DNA of 56,909 nucleotides from a virus (taxonomy: Duplodnaviria > Caudoviricetes): positions 1 to 56,909 of IMG/VR virus record IMGVR_UViG_3300043416_000094; one strand, 5' to 3'. The position numbers and the translations under genes were made by a program. A model generated the notes under the pieces. The model worked only from the letters and a program-made list of their open reading frames with translations. It was not told the origin of the DNA and ran no database searches. How positions within the stretch are numbered: position 1 is the stretch's first letter; each line of letters starts with the position of its first letter. Positions 53,946-56,909 of the stretch are shown piece by piece.

Positions 53946-54146
53946 CTAGATTCCCAGAAGTTTTTTGGCGAACTCAGCAGCTACACCCGGCCCAAACAGC
54001 ACAGCAAAAATTACCCCGTACAGCAGGTACTCAATCTTGTCCATGCGTTTAGAGCCTTTATCAAATGACTCTTGAATTTTTTCATACCGTGCAGCGCATA
54101 CGGCTTCATGCACGGAAAGGCGTGTGTCCAAGTTATCGTCGCTCAT
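53946..54146 (-). CDS. Small membrane protein (XhlA/holin-like)
   Basis: HEAVCAARY coiled coil followed by a TM segment. Confidence 0.7.
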   Translation of the reverse strand: MSDDNLDTRLSVHEAVCAARYEKIQESFDKGSKRMDKIEYLLYGVIFAVLFGPGVAAEFAKKLLGI

Positions 54147-54148
54147 AA

Positions 54149-55219
54149 TCAGGTCTTTATGATGTAAGTAACGACCAAGGCTGGCGGCACGTTTTGGCTA
54201 GTACCCGTTCCATAGTCAGCATTGGTAACGCTTGCCGTACCAGAAGCAGTTGTAAAAGTTTTATTACCACTTAAGTTTTCACCGGCTGAATAGATGTCCG
54301 GAGTATCACCACCAGATTTTTTAGTGCTAGCTAGGGTAGCATTGTGAGTATGGCCAGCGTCAGTTGCTACGTGGGTGTGTTGTTGCGTTAGTTGACTACC
54401 GCCCCCTGTACCCAGCGTCGCACCATCAACACCAGAACCAGCCGTAGTCAACCGGCTAGCAGCAGTGCCACCCATATTGTCTTTACCAAACGCAGCGCGG
54501 CCTCGGAAATCTGGCACGTTGAATGTGGTAGTTCCATCTCCTACACCGTACGCGGTGCTAATCGCCGTAAACAGATCGGCGTAGGTGGTTCTAGAGATAG
54601 CTTGTCCGTAGCACAGCAGCCAGCCAGTAGGCGCAGTAGCCCCAGCGTACGGCATCAACATACCGGAAGCAAAGGCAACCAGTGTTTGGAAGGTGGGCAA
54701 AGCCGCAGCGCCGTTGCTGGTAAGAACTTGACCGGATGTTCCTACGCTGGCAACTGATTGATGCGCCCCAGTTGTGGTTGTTCCGCCACACTGAACGGCG
54801 TAGGCAGTTGCAGTTGCGTTTCCAGTACCACCCCCCGACACAGGAACAGCGGTAGTGAACGTAGGGGACGAAATGCTAGGGGCAGTAAGCGTTTTGTTGG
54901 TAAGTGTCTGAGTGCCGTCAACTGTAGCAACAACTGCTGCGGTGTAACGCAGTTCAACAATATCCGCAGACGCATACGCCCGAGCCGTAGTTCCTTCTTG
55001 CGCCCTGACAATGGTAAAGGTGTCGGTAGACCGAGCAGTTGCCTTAACAATCTCAATGTTGTTAGAGGAATCCTGCAGGGTTATGAACGTAAAGTCTCCC
55101 GCACTGATGGACGGAAACCTAGCTCCGTGACCAGCTTGAATAGTCATAGTGGTAGCCGCGCTACCAAGACTGCTTGCTAGAGTAGAGTACGCACCATTAG
55201 TTACTACATAAGCTGCCAT
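54149..55219 (-). CDS. Tail fibre protein with phage tail-collar domain
   Basis: GMLMPYAGATAPTGWLLCYGQAISRTTYADLF..FNVPDFRGR. Confidence 0.88.
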   Translation of the reverse strand: MAAYVVTNGAYSTLASSLGSAATTMTIQAGHGARFPSISAGDFTFITLQDSSNNIEIVKATARSTDTFTIVRAQEGTTARAYASADIVELRYTAAVVATVDGTQTLTNKTLTAPSISSPTFTTAVPVSGGGTGNATATAYAVQCGGTTTTGAHQSVASVGTSGQVLTSNGAAALPTFQTLVAFASGMLMPYAGATAPTGWLLCYGQAISRTTYADLFTAISTAYGVGDGTTTFNVPDFRGRAAFGKDNMGGTAASRLTTAGSGVDGATLGTGGGSQLTQQHTHVATDAGHTHNATLASTKKSGGDTPDIYSAGENLSGNKTFTTASGTASVTNADYGTGTSQNVPPALVVTYIIKT

Positions 55220-55293
55220 TATTGCTGCTCCTCTGCGGGTTCAGGCGTGTTGCCTTCTGCAAGCCATGCAAGGTTGGTTGAGTGTGTAGACAT
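55219..55293 (-). pseudogene. 24-codon remnant of a fibre-associated gene
   Basis: AAGGA RBS; MSTHSTNLAWLAEGNTPEPAEEQQ; stop overlaps the next ATG. Confidence 0.55.
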
Positions 55294-55301
55294 GATGTTC
55301 C

Positions 55302-55499
55302 TTAAGTAACAACTGGCACCGGTTTGATCTGGCTGTCGGCAGTGTCGTAGTAGTGGCCAGAAGTGGTCACATCATCAGCGCACTCAACCCAGAACAACAC
55401 ACCGTCAACATCAATCAAACCATCCTTGGTGTCTTGTATTTGTACAATCCGAACGCCAAGCGAAAATGGTTCTTGCAAAGCAATATATGCGTATTTCAT
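55302..55499 (-). CDS. Small tail-fibre-associated protein
   Basis: LFWVECADDVT...YY motif; follows a Gly-rich gene. Confidence 0.75.
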   Translation of the reverse strand: MKYAYIALQEPFSLGVRIVQIQDTKDGLIDVDGVLFWVECADDVTTSGHYYDTADSQIKPVPVVT

Positions 55500-55508
55500 A
55501 TCTTCACC

Positions 55509-56411
55509 TTAGTATTCAAAAATCACAACGCCAGCAGCGCCAGCATATCCGCCAGTATTTGCATTACCACCGCCAGCGCCGCCGCCATAAGGACGCCCTG
55601 CTTGACCTGCTTGCCCACCCGCAACGGAACCTTGGCCTCCGCCGCCCAAATATGATGAGCCACCAGCGGCAGTAAAAGCATCTGTAGCATTTCCCATTCC
55701 ACCAGCACTTCCGCCGATATTTAAATCTCCATTACTTCCAATGCCACCGCTACCACTTTGATTGCCTGAAGTTGTACCACTTCCTCCGGTTGCAGAAATT
55801 GTGGTAATTGTTTGCGTTCCGGATGCGACTTGCGATGTGCCACCAGTGCCGCCACTAGAAGTACCTCCTGCACCAACGGTATAAAGCAAAGTGTTTCCCG
55901 GCGTAAGTCCGGTCAATGTTTTTATTGCAGTTCCACCGCCGCCACCGCCACCAAAACCATTAGTGCCCCCAACTCCACCACCGCCAGAAACGACAGTGAT
56001 GCGGACTTTGGTAATGCCAGTAGGGATTGTAAAAGTTGCAGAAGTGCCAGTGGTTTTGACATCCATTGTAGGAATCGGGCTAGAGCTGGCAGTTTGAAAT
56101 GTAGGTAAAGCAGCAGCACCGTTGCTAGTAAGAACTTGACCGGATGTTCCTACGCTGGCAACTGATTGAAACGCTCCAGTCGAAGTGGTCCCCCCCGTCA
56201 AAACTGCATAAGCAGTAGCAGTTGCAACTCCAGTGCCTCCATTTGGCACAGAAATAGCAGCACTGAATGTGGGGGTCGAAATGGTTGGCGCAGTCAGCGT
56301 TTTGTTGGTAAGGGTTTGTGTATCGGTCGTACCCACGACAGTACCCGCCGGGTTGCCTGTACCCCCAGCAGGAAATGAAACGCCAGTGCTGCCATCAATC
56401 GTTGTTGCCAT
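55509..56411 (-). CDS. Gly-rich tail-fibre module protein
   Basis: QTLTNKTL shaft; one Gly-rich domain ending GAAGVVIFEY. Confidence 0.8.
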   Translation of the reverse strand: MATTIDGSTGVSFPAGGTGNPAGTVVGTTDTQTLTNKTLTAPTISTPTFSAAISVPNGGTGVATATAYAVLTGGTTSTGAFQSVASVGTSGQVLTSNGAAALPTFQTASSSPIPTMDVKTTGTSATFTIPTGITKVRITVVSGGGGVGGTNGFGGGGGGGTAIKTLTGLTPGNTLLYTVGAGGTSSGGTGGTSQVASGTQTITTISATGGSGTTSGNQSGSGGIGSNGDLNIGGSAGGMGNATDAFTAAGGSSYLGGGGQGSVAGGQAGQAGRPYGGGAGGGNANTGGYAGAAGVVIFEY

Positions 56412-56419
56412 GTTTACAC

Positions 56420-56620
56420 CTAATCTGCGCCAACAAGCGCCATGATTTCGTCAATGGTTTCTTTGACTTCCCACGAGTTGCCATTCATGCCGAACGCTAC
56501 GGTAATTTTTGTGCCGTCTTCTTGCGAACTTTCAAAGAACGACATCATCGCCTCGGTATTCAGAATCAAACTCTCACCGATACGACCTTTAGTTGCGTTG
56601 GTTAGCTTGATCAGTTTCAT
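56420..56620 (-). CDS. Second allele of the 57-257 protein
   Basis: Identical amino-acid sequence. Confidence 0.85.
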   Translation of the reverse strand: MKLIKLTNATKGRIGESLILNTEAMMSFFESSQEDGTKITVAFGMNGNSWEVKETIDEIMALVGAD

Positions 56621-56909
56621 AATTGCTCAACCCAAGAAGTCGTAGCTTCGTCCCACGAATACCGCTTTTCATCAGTCGGCATCGGGGTGGGCGCATCCCA
56701 CAGGCAAGTACCTTCATTCAACACCCAAGACGGATACGGTTTTGGAGAGATGAAAGCATCGCGTCCTGCGTCATAGCTGTAGCCGATGCCCGCATAATTC
56801 TTACGGTAAGGCGTACCGCCGAGCGCATGAACACCGCCGTGCGTGTTGTACGAGGTTTGCTTGTAGACATCGCCAGTACGCGCAGTCAGTTCAGCTTCTT
56901 TGCCATTGT
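56617..56909 (-). CDS. Partial second allele of the 254-613 protein (5' end beyond the window)
   Basis: Open frame reading ...YSYDAGRDAFISPKPYPSWVLNEGTCLWDAPTPMPTDEKRYSWDEATTSWVEQL. Confidence 0.8.
   Translation of the reverse strand, partial: NGKEAELTARTGDVYKQTSYNTHGGVHALGGTPYRKNYAGIGYSYDAGRDAFISPKPYPSWVLNEGTCLWDAPTPMPTDEKRYSWDEATTSWVEQL

Larger units (their letters stand above)
56364..56909. repeat. Imperfect terminal direct repeat, right copy
   Basis: Colinear with 1-546 at an offset of 56363. Confidence 0.95.

Overview
This window looks like an essentially complete ~56.4 kb tailed dsDNA phage genome with podovirus-like architecture. Positions 1-546 are repeated imperfectly at 56364-56909, giving a circular unit of about 56,363 bp. 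There are two opposed gene arms. The minus-strand arm (16389 leftwards, wrapping round to 37446) carries terminase, portal, scaffold, major capsid, adaptors, a modular Gly-rich tail-fibre cluster, a lysis cassette that includes a secreted thermonuclease, the tail nozzle and three internal virion proteins. One of these is a 2943-aa polyvalent protein with L,D-transpeptidase-like, zincin-like and PLxRFG motifs. The plus-strand arm (17178-37449) carries a MoxR-like AAA+/VWA-peptidase module, many small ORFs, family A DNA polymerase, nucleases, an SNF2 helicase and a primase-helicase. I recognised no integrase, RNA polymerase, reverse transcriptase or CRISPR array. The most striking unexplained element is a ~560-nt non-coding segment (about 16600-17160) at the divergence point. 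By eye it folds almost entirely into nested, G-U-tolerant stems with possible kissing loops. It is followed by one 169-aa ORF and a terminator, so it is a candidate large structured ncRNA or RNA-protein unit. An iteron- and IHF-site-rich probable origin follows. All family assignments come from motif recognition by eye, with no database searches. A proteobacterial host is inferred only from the IHF sites and sigma70-type promoters.
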